A stretch of DNA of 64,000 nucleotides from an uncultured Candidatus Peribacteria bacterium (lineage in GTDB: Bacteria > Patescibacteriota > Gracilibacteria > BD1-5 > UBA2023), in NCBI GenBank assembly GCA_964449265.1, contig CAYVAG010000002.1:1369-65368 (forward strand). Reading direction: 5' to 3'. The notes beneath the pieces are model-generated. The model was not told the DNA's origin, made no database searches, and saw nothing but the letters and a program-made list of their open reading frames with translations. This document shows positions 22,931-34,056 of this stretch, in pieces (within the stretch, counting starts at the first letter, position 1; every line of letters begins with the position of its first letter). Both the position numbers and the translations under genes were made by a program.

Positions 22931-24277
22931 TTGTCCCTCTCCACCCCTCCACATAGCATCGAAGCTGAGCGCTGAGTTCTCGGCTCTATCCTCATCGATA
23001 AGGATGGCATGATCCAGGTTGCGAGCATGCTCCTGCCTGAAGATTTCTACGATCCTGCACATGGTATCGTCTATGCGGCGATGCTCGACCTCTATGCACG
23101 CAATCGCCCTATCGACTCCCTCACTGTCCGTGAAGTGATCGACGACCAGAAAAAACTTGAGTCCATCGGCGGGGACAATTTCCTCGCGGATCTCATGACG
23201 GCAGTCTTCACGAGCGCCAATATATTCCAGTACGCACAGATCGTAAAAAATAAATCTGTCCTTCGTAAGCTCATAAAATCGGGAAGTGATATCACGCAAG
23301 CGGGTTTCGATGAGGTAACAGAGATAAACGAGCTTCTCGAAAAAGCAGAAAGATCTCTCTTTTCTGTGACACAGACATTTATCCAAAATAAACTCGTCCA
23401 TATCAAGGATATCCTCAATGCTCGCTATGAAGAGTTCGCTGCGATCCATGCGGATCCGACTCTCTCTCAGGCAAATAGTGTCTCGACGGGATATGAGGGA
23501 TTCGCCTTCAAACTCTGAGGATTCAAGCGAGGAGACCTCATCGTCGTCGCTGCTCGTCCATCAATGGGGAAGACTGCGATCGCTATGAACTTCGCACAAA
23601 ATGTCGGAGAAAAATGAAAAAATGTTGCCGTATTCTCTCTCGAAATGTCGAAGGAACAACTCACTGATCGTATGATTGCAGCGAGTATGGCAGTCGATAG
23701 CTGGAAACTCCAGAAAGGAAAGCTCTCTGAAGATGAGTTTGCGAAGATGGGTGATGCTCTCGAACGACTCTCTCGGGCGAAAATATATATCGACGACTCC
23801 CCTGCTGGAGCTGGTATCCTAGAGCTCAAATCCAAGGCACGTCGCCTCAAGATGGAATCTGGACTCGACCTTATCGTGATCGACTATCTCCAACTGATCT
23901 CGAGTGGAAATAGTTTCAATCGCGTCCAGGAGGTATCAGAAATCTCTCGTGGACTCAAGTCTCTCGCTCGTGAGCTCAATGTCCCTGTGATTGCCCTATC
24001 GCAGCTTTCTCGTGCTCTCGAAGCCCGTCCAGATAAGAGGCCGATCATGTCAGATCTCCGTGAGTCGGGTGCTATCGAACAAGATGCAGATATCATCCTC
24101 ATGCTCTACCGTGACGACTACTATAACGAGTTCTCAGAAACACCGAATGTGACCAACATATTTATCCGAAAAAATCGAAATGGACCAACAGGACAAGTCG
24201 ATCTCAAGTTCGAAAAGCAGCACCAAAAATTCTACGAGATCGAACGGGCTCGAAGTGGAGAATTCGATGGAGAATAG
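22931..24277 (+). CDS. dnaB: Replicative DNA helicase DnaB
   Basis: PPHSIEAER-[TGA]-VLGSILID N-terminus. Walker [17 protein letters not shown]; SQLSRALE; RNGPTG. No ATG lies upstream of the conserved N-terminus, so the start is assigned to TTG 22931 (ATT 22916 possible). Confidence 0.9.
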
Positions 24278-25222
24278 TTAATTAGAATCGTTAGTATCAT
24301 ATACGCCATACTTCAGTGCATCGTAGTAACGACTCTTGTCTTCACTAAATTGTACCGACTTGAGGCTATTTCATTTTCTTGATTCAGCTCTGACTTCAAG
24401 TGTCGGTAACGCATAGGGTGTCGTACTTGTCACGGATACTTCTCCCAGAGTATCTCATCCGTTAAAGATGAGAATATAAGGGTCGGTGATCGTTATTCCA
24501 GCGAAATTCCCAACTCATCATAAAAAATCAGATACTGAACCTACCGTATCATAAAAATATTGAAGTGACTCTTCGACTACTCCATTTGATCCATCGCATT
24601 TGATTTTAGTACCAGTACTATCGAGACAATCTTCTCCTCGAAGTCGCATCGTTCCTCTTTCGTTTCCATCGATCTTTCCGCTTCCTGCAAGACTGATGTT
24701 CTCTGAACCACTCATGGCTACTATACTCCATGATATAGTATTCTCATCATTATCGACACGAGAAAGCTTTAAGCCATTACTTTTTACAATGTTGGTAGAA
24801 AAAGATGGATTTTTTGATTTTCCTGAGAGAAGAGTATCATCTCCTACAAAAAGTGGAAGGATGAGATGCTCACTCGGTCATAGGGTGAATATCTGACTTC
24901 CTGTTTGAGCATGTATCGTATATGTTGTTTTGATCCCATTCGTACGCTCACTCGATCCTGAGAAAATCTCACTATCGACATCGTTTTCTATCATGGTATC
25001 TTCGAATCACTCTCTATGATTCCTCACTTTGAGCATAGCGTATTCGAAGGATCACTCAGCGCGAGCATCCGTAAGGATATCATCGTAGGTGATCCGTGAG
25101 AGGCGTATCTCTCGCTGGTATACTGATGCTATCCCCATGACTATGATCAGGAGAACCCCGATAGTACCCAGTGCTATGAGTATAGAGAAACCTTTACGAG
25201 ATGCGAGAAAAGGATGAAGCAT
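24278..25222 (-). CDS. PilX-like minor pilin / pseudopilin
   Basis: MLHPFLASRKGFSILIALGTIGVLLIIVMG hydrophobic N-terminus. 315 codons in code 25. Last gene of the pilus operon. TAA abuts the dnaB stop. Confidence 0.6.
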
Positions 25223-25224
25223 GA

Positions 25225-25893
25225 TTAGGGGGCAGTTTTATAAAATCTTTCTCAAAAAGTTGTCTGTATATGCATACGAGTATCTGATATCAATGCTGGA
25301 GGTACTCAGATACGAGGCATGAGTGCAACAGTAAAGACAAGTGTGACTTTCTTCTCGCTTGAGATACCATCACCAGATACGTAGAATTTTAGATCTTCGA
25401 TCTTGACTCGTTTTTTCTCTTCCTCAGGTACAAAACTATCTACGAGATTCCATCCAGAAGTACCATTGTCATCTCTTCATACCTTATAGAGTCCACAGTG
25501 AATTTTGGGATCTGTTTTTCTGAGTTCTGAGGTGCTATCTATACACGGATTCATACCAGTAGTTGTTTTTTGTCCATATACATAGGAGCCTCTTTCATCG
25601 ATAGAGAGAAATTCACTTCCCAAAGAAGATGAATACTCATCCCACGGAATATAATTTCATGAGGGATCAAAAGATCCTGAAAGAGAAATTCCATATTCTC
25701 GTACATCTTCTCCTATCCTTTCTGTAATTTCACGCGCTGTTTCTGAGAGATGTCGCATGGCACGCATTTTTTGTCCCAGATTGGTCGTCTGTATATAGAT
25801 ACTCATGATAGCTACACTCATCACAGCAAATATCGTCATGCCGATCATGAGTTCCATGAGAGTGAATCCAGATGTATTTTTCTGTACTTTCAT
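25225..25893 (-). CDS. Pseudopilin with prepilin N-terminal cleavage/methylation motif
   Basis: MKVQKNTSGFTLMELMIGMTIFAV. I translated it codon by codon through 4 TGA to TAA 25225-25227. Confidence 0.72.
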
Positions 25894-25896
25894 AGA

Positions 25897-26532
25897 TTAT
25901 TTTTTCCAGTCAGTAATGAGAGTTTTGAGGTCGTATTCTTTGTATCCGCGAGATCGTACGATGACTCGCGCATCGATAACATATCATTGATTTTTATTAT
26001 CTTTTTTGATCTCACCAATCCCTGGAAGTGAGAGAGGCGTGATGACAACATAGGAAGCATAGCTCGTTCCACTTCCAGAGAGCACATGAGAGTACCTTCA
26101 CTGAGTATCGAGAAAGAGTTGCGTAGCATTGAATTTCCCTTCGAGATCAGAGGGGAGTGTGGCTATTTTTTTTAGGAGAACAGGAGATTTTTCTATGCCC
26201 CCTAGCACATCGAAGACGATACCACTATTGCTAAAATCATTTTCTACTATGTAGACTCATCCCGTTAGAGAGATGGAATCATCATCTATACGTGCCTTGT
26301 CCCAGTCGACAAAACTTCGAATATTGGTATTTCGAATATTTTTCAGAAGTTCTGATTGTTCCCTGAGGATGTTGGCAGCGATAATCTCATGTCGAGAGAC
26401 GAAAGAGAGTGATATCGTACTCTGGAGAAGTGCTAGTATGCCCGTCATACCGATAGCAAATATCGTCATACCGATGATGAGTTCGACGAGTGTGAATCAC
26501 TGTTTCGAGATGAGCGAAGAAGGTGAAGACAA
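25897..26532 (-). CDS. Pseudopilin (TTG start assigned)
   Basis: (M)SSPSSLISKQ-[TGA]-FTLVELIIGMTIFAIGMTG. The cleavage-site Gly is encoded by TGA. No ATG lies upstream of the motif. TAA at 25897-25899. Confidence 0.6.
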
Positions 26533-26542
26533 GGGAAAAAAA

Positions 26543-27049
26543 TTAATCAAAATAAGGACGAAGGAGGATGTCTCGTGTCCGACGAGACTCCCTTGTGCCA
26601 CCTGGATATCCTATAGTGAGTATCACGCCTGATGCACTTGGGGTAAATGATCCTGTTCCATAGGGAGGTGATATTGTATAAGTAAGCTTATCTGTATCGA
26701 CCGGAAGATTTGTTCCAGAAAATCCTTGTATCGTAATATTTGTATCGAGAGTGAGAGTTTTATATCCTTTTCGCTCACTCATGCTTCAGGTAGAAAGCAT
26801 GAGGAGGATACTTCCCTTGCCTTTTTCGAAAGTGAATTCGAGTGAGGCATGGTGCTCATTATCGTAGAGAAGCCCATTTTGTACCTCTCTATGTGAGAGT
26901 ATCCATTCTTGAGATATCATATCTACATTGGTTTCGAGTCGAGCCCGCTCCATATAGTAACTGTATGGGAAGAATCCGATGGACAAAAGACTTATAATGA
27001 TCGATATAACAATCATAAGTTCGATGAGAGTGAATCCTTTTTTGTTCAT
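26543..27049 (-). CDS. GspG/PulG-like pseudopilin
   Basis: MNKKGFTLIELMIVISII. ORFs 26786-27049 and 26543-26782 are in frame, joined by TGA. Confidence 0.75.
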
Positions 27050-27050
27050 A

Positions 27051-28115
27051 CTAATTTCCTGCGAGGGATACTATCTGCATGATAGCAGAAAAAATCGCTA
27101 TCGCAAACCAAAGTACAAAAAGGCTAGCCAAGAGAAGTGCCATCGGTTCTATGAATTTTACCATCATGCCGAGTGCGACATCGACTTCCCGTTTGTACTG
27201 TACATGTATAGTATCTGTGACGCTATCGAGTGTCGATGTGCGCTCAGCACTTTCGATCATCTGGAGGATATCTGGAGTGAAAAATGCTCTATGTGCATCT
27301 TGATTTCTCATAGATTCTGAAATTTTTGTACCGTGAGCAACATCGTCTGATATGAGGAGAAAGAGTTTTTTTATCACGACATTTCCAGAACTTTCTCCAG
27401 TGAGTCTGAGGGTTTTCACGATACTGACTCATGAAGAAATCAAAAGATGGAGTGTTGACATCGTGCGTACGACGAGGTAGTTTTTGTACACATTTCCTGT
27501 CAGGGGAAATCGAATTTTTTCCATATCCCACCGGTATCTTCCCATATCAGTACGGATATACCCGATAAAAATACTAATAAGCGCTATAGATACAATAGTT
27601 ATAGAGATGATATTTTCTGAAAGAAATGCACTCATTCATACAAGCGTCCTCGTCATGATGGGAAGCTCTCCTGACATTTGTGATATGATCGGGAGAAGTT
27701 GGGGTACGACATACACCATCACCACGATAAAAGCGAGCATGAGAAACATCATCACAATGACAGGATAGGTTGTAGCAGAGATGATTTTTCCTCTGAGTGC
27801 CTCTTGATCACGGAGGTCATTTGCGAGAGAGAGAAATGCTTTCTGGAGCATTCCTGTTTGCTCTCCACTTTCTACAATTGCTACCTCCCCCTCGCTGAAG
27901 AGATGAGGGAGTTTCCTCATGGCGATATTTACTGCATCACCTCACTCTATAAAGAATATCAGATGATCGATCGCTTCTTTGAGTCGAGAGTCAGTGAGTC
28001 TGTCGTGAAGCCCGTGAAGAGCAGAGAGAAGTGTCACTCATCCTTCCAGGAGATTCGCGGTGCTTTCATAAAAGAGGGCCTTGTCTTTTATCGAGATGGA
28101 GGAGAAGAGATTCAT
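27051..28115 (-). CDS. pilC: Type IV pilus / T2SS platform protein (PilC/GspF family)
   Basis: Three track ORFs plus an N-terminal extension share one frame. Two GspF-type repeats (LLEGGVTLLSAL; GEQTGMLQKAF; ESAERTSTLD) and three TM segments. Confidence 0.88.
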
Positions 28116-28155
28116 ATTCTATGGTTGAAATTATAACTGAGACTTTATGACCTCA

Positions 28156-28728
28156 CTATTCATAGTGATATACTCCGAGATCAAGCCCCAGGCTATAGGT
28201 AGATACAACAGTATTTTCTTCTGGGGCGGTATCGATAGGAAGCGATATTTTATCTAGTGTGAAAGCGTATGACGTAGAAGTCGTGAGAAATGTGATATAG
28301 TCTATGATATCTTCGAGATTTGAAGCGGAGATGGCGACATTTACTTTACCAAGCGAAAGTCCATTTGGGAGTTTGGTTCACTCATCGACTGCTATAGATG
28401 ATATCTTGATCCGAGCTCACTGACCGACAGTAGGGCGTGTATAGTCAGAGAGCATGACGATCTCCATGATATCACTGGTGTTCCATTTTTTTCCGAGTTT
28501 TTTCACTCTCAGAGAGAGATCGTCGGTATTTCCAGAGAGAGATTTATTTTTTATCGTGATGAGAGCATCGTACTCCGCTTGCACTTTCTCACTTTCCTTG
28601 AGCATGAGAGCGAGTGTAGAGCTCTTATCGATGTATTCAGTATAGAGGGGTTTCACTCCTATCACCGCTACGAGGAGTGCGATGCCGAGAAATACAGGGG
28701 CCCAGATGCGAGAAGATGGATGAGTCAT
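28156..28728 (-). CDS. Bitopic pilus-assembly protein, PilO-like
   Basis: N-terminal TM (WAPVFLGIALLVAVIGV), a coiled-coil segment, then a beta-rich C-terminal domain. Assigned by position between the PilN-like gene and pilC. Two TGA. Confidence 0.45.
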
Positions 28729-28738
28729 AGTGGTGAAA

Positions 28739-29278
28739 TTATTTTTGTAGAGGTTTTGGTGTTACTTTGAGCATGATTCCTGTCATTCGTGATTTCTCAT
28801 CTCATGAGAGAGAGACTATAGGATCGAGAGAGAAGTACTTCTGACTCGCTGCATACTCTCTCATCATACGGATGATGGTTGCAGCTGGATCTGGATGTAC
28901 CTGAGGATCTCACTCTGTCGCGATGAGTTCAGTAGAGAGAGTATCTTTATCTACGACAAATCCTTTCAGTCTCACCCCTGCGCGTACTGCTGCTTCTCGA
29001 AACTCACTTACCAGAGCTTTCACATCCAGAGATGGACGGATAGTACTCGATGATATAATTTTTGTGATTATAATATCACGGTCTTTGCTGATCTCTTCTA
29101 TTTGTTTTCTTTTTTCGAGAGTTAGTACTTTTTCTTTTTCGATGGCAGTATCGATATAGACTCCATAACTATAGAGTCAGATGGTTGCTACGATGGCTAG
29201 GATCATACAGAAAAATGCCAGATACCACGATGTTTTACCACGGACTTCTATGATGGGTTTTTGTACAGTCTCTTGCAT
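28739..29278 (-). CDS. Bitopic pilus-assembly protein, PilN-like
   Basis: MQETVQKPIIEVRGKTSWYLAFFCMILAIVATI-G-LYSYGVY TM segment followed by a coiled coil. First gene of the operon. I checked every codon on the codon grid from 28739 to 29278. Confidence 0.45.
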
Positions 29279-29320
29279 AAAGATAAATTATGAATACTCT
29301 CCTATCCTATCAGATAGTTT

Positions 29321-29800
29321 TTGTCTATGCAAGGATCGACGGCATTTCATCTTGACACTTTCATAATAAGCGATGAGAAATCTCTCGAAAATATCGTATT
29401 TCCTCTCACTTCAGGAGATCGGATATTTCTCACAGGTGACCTCGGTGCAGGAAAAAGTACCTTTACCCGAGCTCTTTTGCGACGCCATTTCAGCGATCCT
29501 GATCTCGTCGTAAGAAGTCCGACATATACGTATTATCAAAAGTATGGTTCCAATCTATCTCCTATCTCCTATCCCCTATCCCCTATTTACCACTTCGACC
29601 TCTATCGTCTCGAGTCACTCGAAGACCTCTTTCTCATAGGAGCTCGCGAGATCCTCGATGATCCCACTTCTATCTGCATTATAGAGTGGCCAGAGATTCT
29701 CGGAGAGAGTGAGCGATGGACGAAAAAAATCTCCATCACGAGGATGGAGGATGAAAGTCGAAAAGTGGAGATTATTTCTCAGAAAGCAGCCACTGCGTAA
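29321..29800 (+). CDS. tsaE: tRNA t6A37 biosynthesis ATPase TsaE
   Basis: GDLGAGKSTFTRALL, VRSPTYTY, YHFDLYRL. Contains the heptamer-repeat insertion. Confidence 0.85.
   Translation: MSMQGSTAFHLDTFIISDEKSLENIVFPLTSGDRIFLTGDLGAGKSTFTRALLRRHFSDPDLVVRSPTYTYYQKYGSNLSPISYPLSPIYHFDLYRLESLEDLFLIGAREILDDPTSICIIEWPEILGESERWTKKISITRMEDESRKVEIISQKAATA
29555..29589 (+). repeat. Heptanucleotide tandem repeat (CTATCYC, about 4.5 copies) inside tsaE
   Basis: ctatctc ctatctc ctatccc ctatccc ctattta. Encodes LSPISYPLSPIY between two conserved TsaE motifs. Confidence 0.85.
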
Positions 29801-30635
29801 AGGCAAAATATCCTAAGAGGAAAAGTCCGATAACCGCTATGATATGACCGTCTGCCATGAGACTATTGTAGAGCGCATGTATGAGTGTCGAGAGTGTGAA
29901 ACCGAGGATGATCCAGAGGATATATCGTAGAGAAAATACCCCATACGAGAGCCCACTCCACCAGCACATAACACAGACAGCACTTGCAAAGATATGTACC
30001 GTCGTTGCAAAAAATGTCCTTCAGATCCCGAGAGATACTATATTGCCAATAGAGCTATCCCATGCTTTCACGAAATAGAGGATATTCTCAGTGAAGACGA
30101 AACCAAGCGATATGAAGAATGTGAAGAGGAGAAAATCTGTCCGAGAAAATCGAAATTCGCGAGCAGTGAGTCCTACAGTCGAGAGGTGCTTCACTCCCTC
30201 TTCGAGACTCGCGAGGAGTATGTAGCTTCCCATACTGGCGAAGAGAGCGATATTCGCTACATTTCATCCGATATATTTCTCGAGTCAGTATGAGACTGCG
30301 AGAAGGAGGGTAAATATCAGAGCATGGAGGAGAGCTACTCGCCTGAGAAATCCTCGAATATACGGTGAGCCGAGTGAAGTGAGGAGATAGACGAGTCCAC
30401 TCAGGATGATAAATACAGCACCAACTGCGAAAAATCGAGAAAGGATATTTCCACTGAGATATCGCTCGAAGAAGAGTATGAGAGCAACTGCTACTCCACC
30501 TCCGACGAGTCATGAGAAAAACCGTGCCCGATTCCAAACATGATGTGATAGAAACGTCGTCCCATATCCCCAGAGAAGTATGGGAAATGAAGAGAAAAGG
30601 ACAATGATGATGATTTTGAGGAGAGTTTCGAGCAT
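29772..30635 (-). CDS. prsW: PrsW-family intramembrane metalloprotease
   Basis: Motifs SLEEGVKH, GFVFTEN, HALYNS across multiple TM helices. Fragments joined by TGA. Its 3-prime end overlaps the tsaE 3-prime end by 29 nt. Confidence 0.72.
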
Positions 30636-30874
30636 TATTTTTTCTTTATGATCTCGTATCCACCGAAGCTCCAAGATTTCGATGGACTTGAACTATTTCT
30701 CCGCATCGCGAGAGAGATGATAAGCGAATTCACACCGAGAAAGAGGAAGAAAAATCCGATAATATACGCGATAAAGTCAGGAAATGCTATCACCGTGATG
30801 CCGAAGAGGATGAAGAAAAGAGAGAGGAGAGGCATAGAAAGTACGTTAAATGCTAATATTAAAACATCTTCCAT
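30635..30874 (-). CDS. Small two-TM membrane protein
   Basis: Intact 79-aa ORF. Stop TAA overlaps the prsW ATG (TAATG). Confidence 0.5.
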   Translation of the reverse strand: MEDVLILAFNVLSMPLLSLFFILFGITVIAFPDFIAYIIGFFFLFLGVNSLIISLAMRRNSSSPSKSWSFGGYEIIKKK

Positions 30875-32034
30875 ACATCCATAAGAGCGATGATGAGAGA
30901 TATAACGAGGAGGAATATCATCCCGAAGCCATGGACATATCCTTCGAGTTTGATAAGCAGAGCATTTCTCTTCGTGAAGAGGCTCGCGAATGCCATGACC
31001 GAGGTCGAGACGATACGACCACCATCAAGGGCGGGGAATGGGAGGAGATTAAGGACTCAGAGATTGATCGAGAGGAGGGCGATGATCGAGAAGAGGATCT
31101 TCCATGTGACTCCGACATGCACGACATCGACGAAGGTCGAGCCTATCCCGATCGGTCAGGAGAACATTTCTGTGGCTTCTTTCCGTTCTTCGGTATTTCT
31201 CGGGGATACGAGCTTGCGGAGAGTGCTACCGAGGACATCGAGCGTCATGCGAGAGAGTGCATATGTCTCGGTGAATGCTCGAGTCAGTGACCCTCCAAGT
31301 GAGAATGATCCGTGATACGTCTTATCGATATCGAGATTTTTATAGGTGATATATGTCCCGATTTTTCCTCCTTCTGGAGTGATTGTGATTTCTCGGGTAG
31401 CACCACTTCGAGAGAGTGAGAGAGTCATGCTTTTCCCTGCAGCGATTTTTGATCTGAGAGTTTCTATATCTGAGATTATTTTCCCATCTACTTTCGTCAC
31501 GATATCTCATTTCATGATTCCTGATTTTTCTGCAAGGCTTCATGTAAGCGGGGAAAGGATGATGCCCTCATGTTTCAGGTACCCACTCTGCATCGCTTCG
31601 TCGAATGATGGGAGGAAATACGATCCATAGCTTTTTTCGAGTATGAGATTCGGTCATATCGGAGTTGCTCCACTCATAAAAAAGGCGAAAAATATGACAC
31701 TCGCGAGGATGAAATTCATCGTCACTCCTGCAACGAGGACGAGTACTCGTGCCCACCATCGTTTTGCAGAAAATGCATCTTTTGCTCGTGCTTCTGGAAG
31801 GCTCGGATCCTCTCACTTGATACGCACGAAGCCTCATATTGGAAGCCAATTGAGAGTATATTCTGTTCATTTTTTATCCTTTCCCAGAGATTTTGCCTTC
31901 GGAGGTATACCGATACCGAACTCTTCGACCTTCATGCCAGTAAATCGCGCAGTCAGAAAGTGTCCCATCTCATGGACAAAGACGATGAAAGTGAAGACGA
32001 GGATCGTGAGGAGGATACCGAGGAAAATGGTCAT
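30859..32034 (-). CDS. rseP: RIP site-2 zinc metalloprotease RseP (M50 with PDZ)
   Basis: FVHEMGHFLTA (HExxH), WLPI-G-GFVRIK-G-ED, PDZ segment GDIVTKVDGKII, LLPFPALDGG. Confidence 0.9.
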
Positions 32035-32118
32035 AATAGTAGTGATTAGTAAATAGTGATGAGTAGTATGGATAAATAGAATTCTGTTACCAATTACTTA
32101 TCACCACCATACCAATAA

Positions 32119-32418
32119 CTATTTCGCCATCTGATCCTTCACATGCGTGAAGAGATGATTCACGAGATCAGCGAGGTTATCGAAATGCTCTCGATCTGAG
32201 CGATATGACTTCGGTCCGACAGAGAGTACCAGCTTCCCACTCGCTTTTCCGTCACTTTCACGTTTTGCCGTGAGCTCCACTCGGACAGGACTATTTGGTT
32301 TCTCATGTTTTCGGATATAGGAATCCATTTTCCCTGCGAGGTTTTTCTCGATCAAGATCTGGAGAGACTCTTTCTCGACCGGATAGTCAGCAGCGTGGAT
32401 GATGATTTCTGTTTCCAT
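32119..32418 (-). CDS. hpf: Ribosome hibernation promoting factor (short HPF/RaiA)
   Basis: METEIIIHAADYPVEKESLQILIEKNLAGKMDSYI...LFTHVKDQMAK. Start 32418 is chosen because the upstream gene ends at 32444. Confidence 0.78.
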   Translation of the reverse strand: METEIIIHAADYPVEKESLQILIEKNLAGKMDSYIRKHEKPNSPVRVELTAKRESDGKASGKLVLSVGPKSYRSDREHFDNLADLVNHLFTHVKDQMAK

Positions 32419-32443
32419 AGTGAGAAGGGTTAAGGATAGTTTT

Positions 32444-33214
32444 TTAATGGTGCTTTTCTTCATGTTCTTCATACTCATCTTCACCGTGTTCTTCGGCGGG
32501 TTTTTCATAGGCCTCCTTCCAGTTTTCTATGATAATTTTTTCTTCTTCGCTGCGGAGATCTATCGGCACTCATGAGGTCATCGTATCATCGAGCTTGCGG
32601 ACATACTCACGAGTGATATAGTCTTTGCCATGCGTTGTTAGGTGTCACTTCACGACTCACGAGAGGGTATCGACGAGGATATCGAAGGGTTCTCTGTCAT
32701 CTTCATGTCATTTTTTCTTCTTCCCGACACTCTGGAGAAATGCGACGATATCCGTCGGACGACGAGCGCTGTAGAGCGTGAAGTTATCTTCCCCTGCGAG
32801 CTTCACTACCACATCTGACATACCGAGAAGTGCTGCCCACCATGACCGCGTACGGATTTCGATGCCTTCGATCTTCGCATAGGGGATATAGAGCATATTC
32901 GATGAGAACCACTTCCACTTCATATCGACAATCGTACTCTCGGTCATAATCCACACATCGACATACCAGTCGAAGAGCTTGTACATGACAATCGCGTAGA
33001 TGATGAGCATGTATATATATGACCACCACTCTGGAATATTGGAACGCAGAAGGAAGATATCTTGCCCATAGAGAAATGCAGGTATGAGCAGTCAGAAAAA
33101 CATCCAGACGATGATATCTTCGAGTATGACGAAAAAATGCCGGTGAAATACCTCCCGTATCTCCGAGTCTGAGCCGATATATGCACGGAAGAAGAGATTA
33201 TCGAAGTTATTCAT
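32444..33214 (-). CDS. Membrane protein with bacterial PH (YdbT/DUF304-like) domain and acidic His-rich tail
   Basis: Two TM segments, then WIMTESTIVDMKWKWFSSNMLYIPYAKIEGIEIRTRSWW. Continues through TGA to TAA 32444-32446. Confidence 0.6.
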
Positions 33215-33479
33215 TTTTACTTGGAGGAGTATCGTAGAGATGCTTATGGTTCAGGCTGATCGCTATGAAAAATGCTGCCACACCTATGATAAGCCCCATA
33301 CCTGTAAGAGTCAGATTATAGAGGATCTTATTCGTGATAAGCTGATAGGTCGACTCGATGTACCAGATCCCTCCGATATAGAGGAGGGCTTCTATCCCAG
33401 CTGTGAGCCAAAATATCCGTCTATGAACTCGGTAAATCAGGACGAGAAAAAAAATATTTACGAGAGGGAGAAATGTCAT
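33207..33479 (-). CDS. Small three-TM membrane protein
   Basis: Intact 90-aa ORF overlapping the next gene start by 8 nt. Confidence 0.45.
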   Translation of the reverse strand: MTFLPLVNIFFLVLIYRVHRRIFWLTAGIEALLYIGGIWYIESTYQLITNKILYNLTLTGMGLIIGVAAFFIAISLNHKHLYDTPPSKNE

Positions 33480-33545
33480 GTTTCCAGTATAGGAAAAGGA
33501 TAAGGAAAATCAAGGTAAATATATGCCTGAAGATACCAGCCAAAA

Positions 33546-33574
33546 AAATCTCTAAAAATAATTTTTAGAGATTT
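33546..33574. terminator. Perfect 14-bp palindrome, bidirectional terminator
   Basis: aaatctctaaaaat a atttttagagattt flanked by A and T runs. Confidence 0.6.
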
Positions 33575-33640
33575 TTTATTTATTTTTAATTTTCTTCTCA
33601 ATAGGGGTACTTTAGAGAAGGTTTTTCCTAATATATCGTT

Positions 33641-34003
33641 CTAAGCTATTATTTCGTTTGCTATTCTTGCCTGTCTTTTTATTAAACCCTTTCTTCCTGT
33701 CTCTTCGTTCAGTAGTCTAAGTCTTGCTATCATTTCTCTATCTATTTCACTTGCAAATTGCATAATACAATCTTTTCAATTTCCTGTTCTATCTGTAAAG
33801 TAAGCAAGTCCTCAGTCAAAACCGTCTTCCATTGCTGGTGCAAGGTGAGGGTTTTGCCTAAGAAACCCTAGGACTTTATTTCTTACAGTAGTTGATTGTA
33901 TCGAACAAAGTTTTTCTAGAGTAGGTAATTCCTCATCATGAGGAAAGAAATAACCAAGAGGAGTGGCAATCTCACCAGTAGGTAGGACTTCAGCGAAAGG
34001 CAT
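33641..34003 (-). CDS. Hypothetical protein (AT-rich orphan gene)
   Basis: ORF 33812-34003 continues through two TGA to TAG 33641-33643. 121 codons. Confidence 0.45.
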
Positions 34004-34056
34004 ATTTAGATTTTAAGTTGAAGTATAATAGTATTTTATAATTTTTTGTCAAAATT

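Noticed and set aside
29772-29800. Convergent 3-prime overlaps (tsaE/prsW 29 nt; ddl/pta 12 nt at 46097-46108) as possible antisense regulation
   Set aside because: Short convergent overlaps are common in compact genomes, and no additional structure supports a regulatory role.
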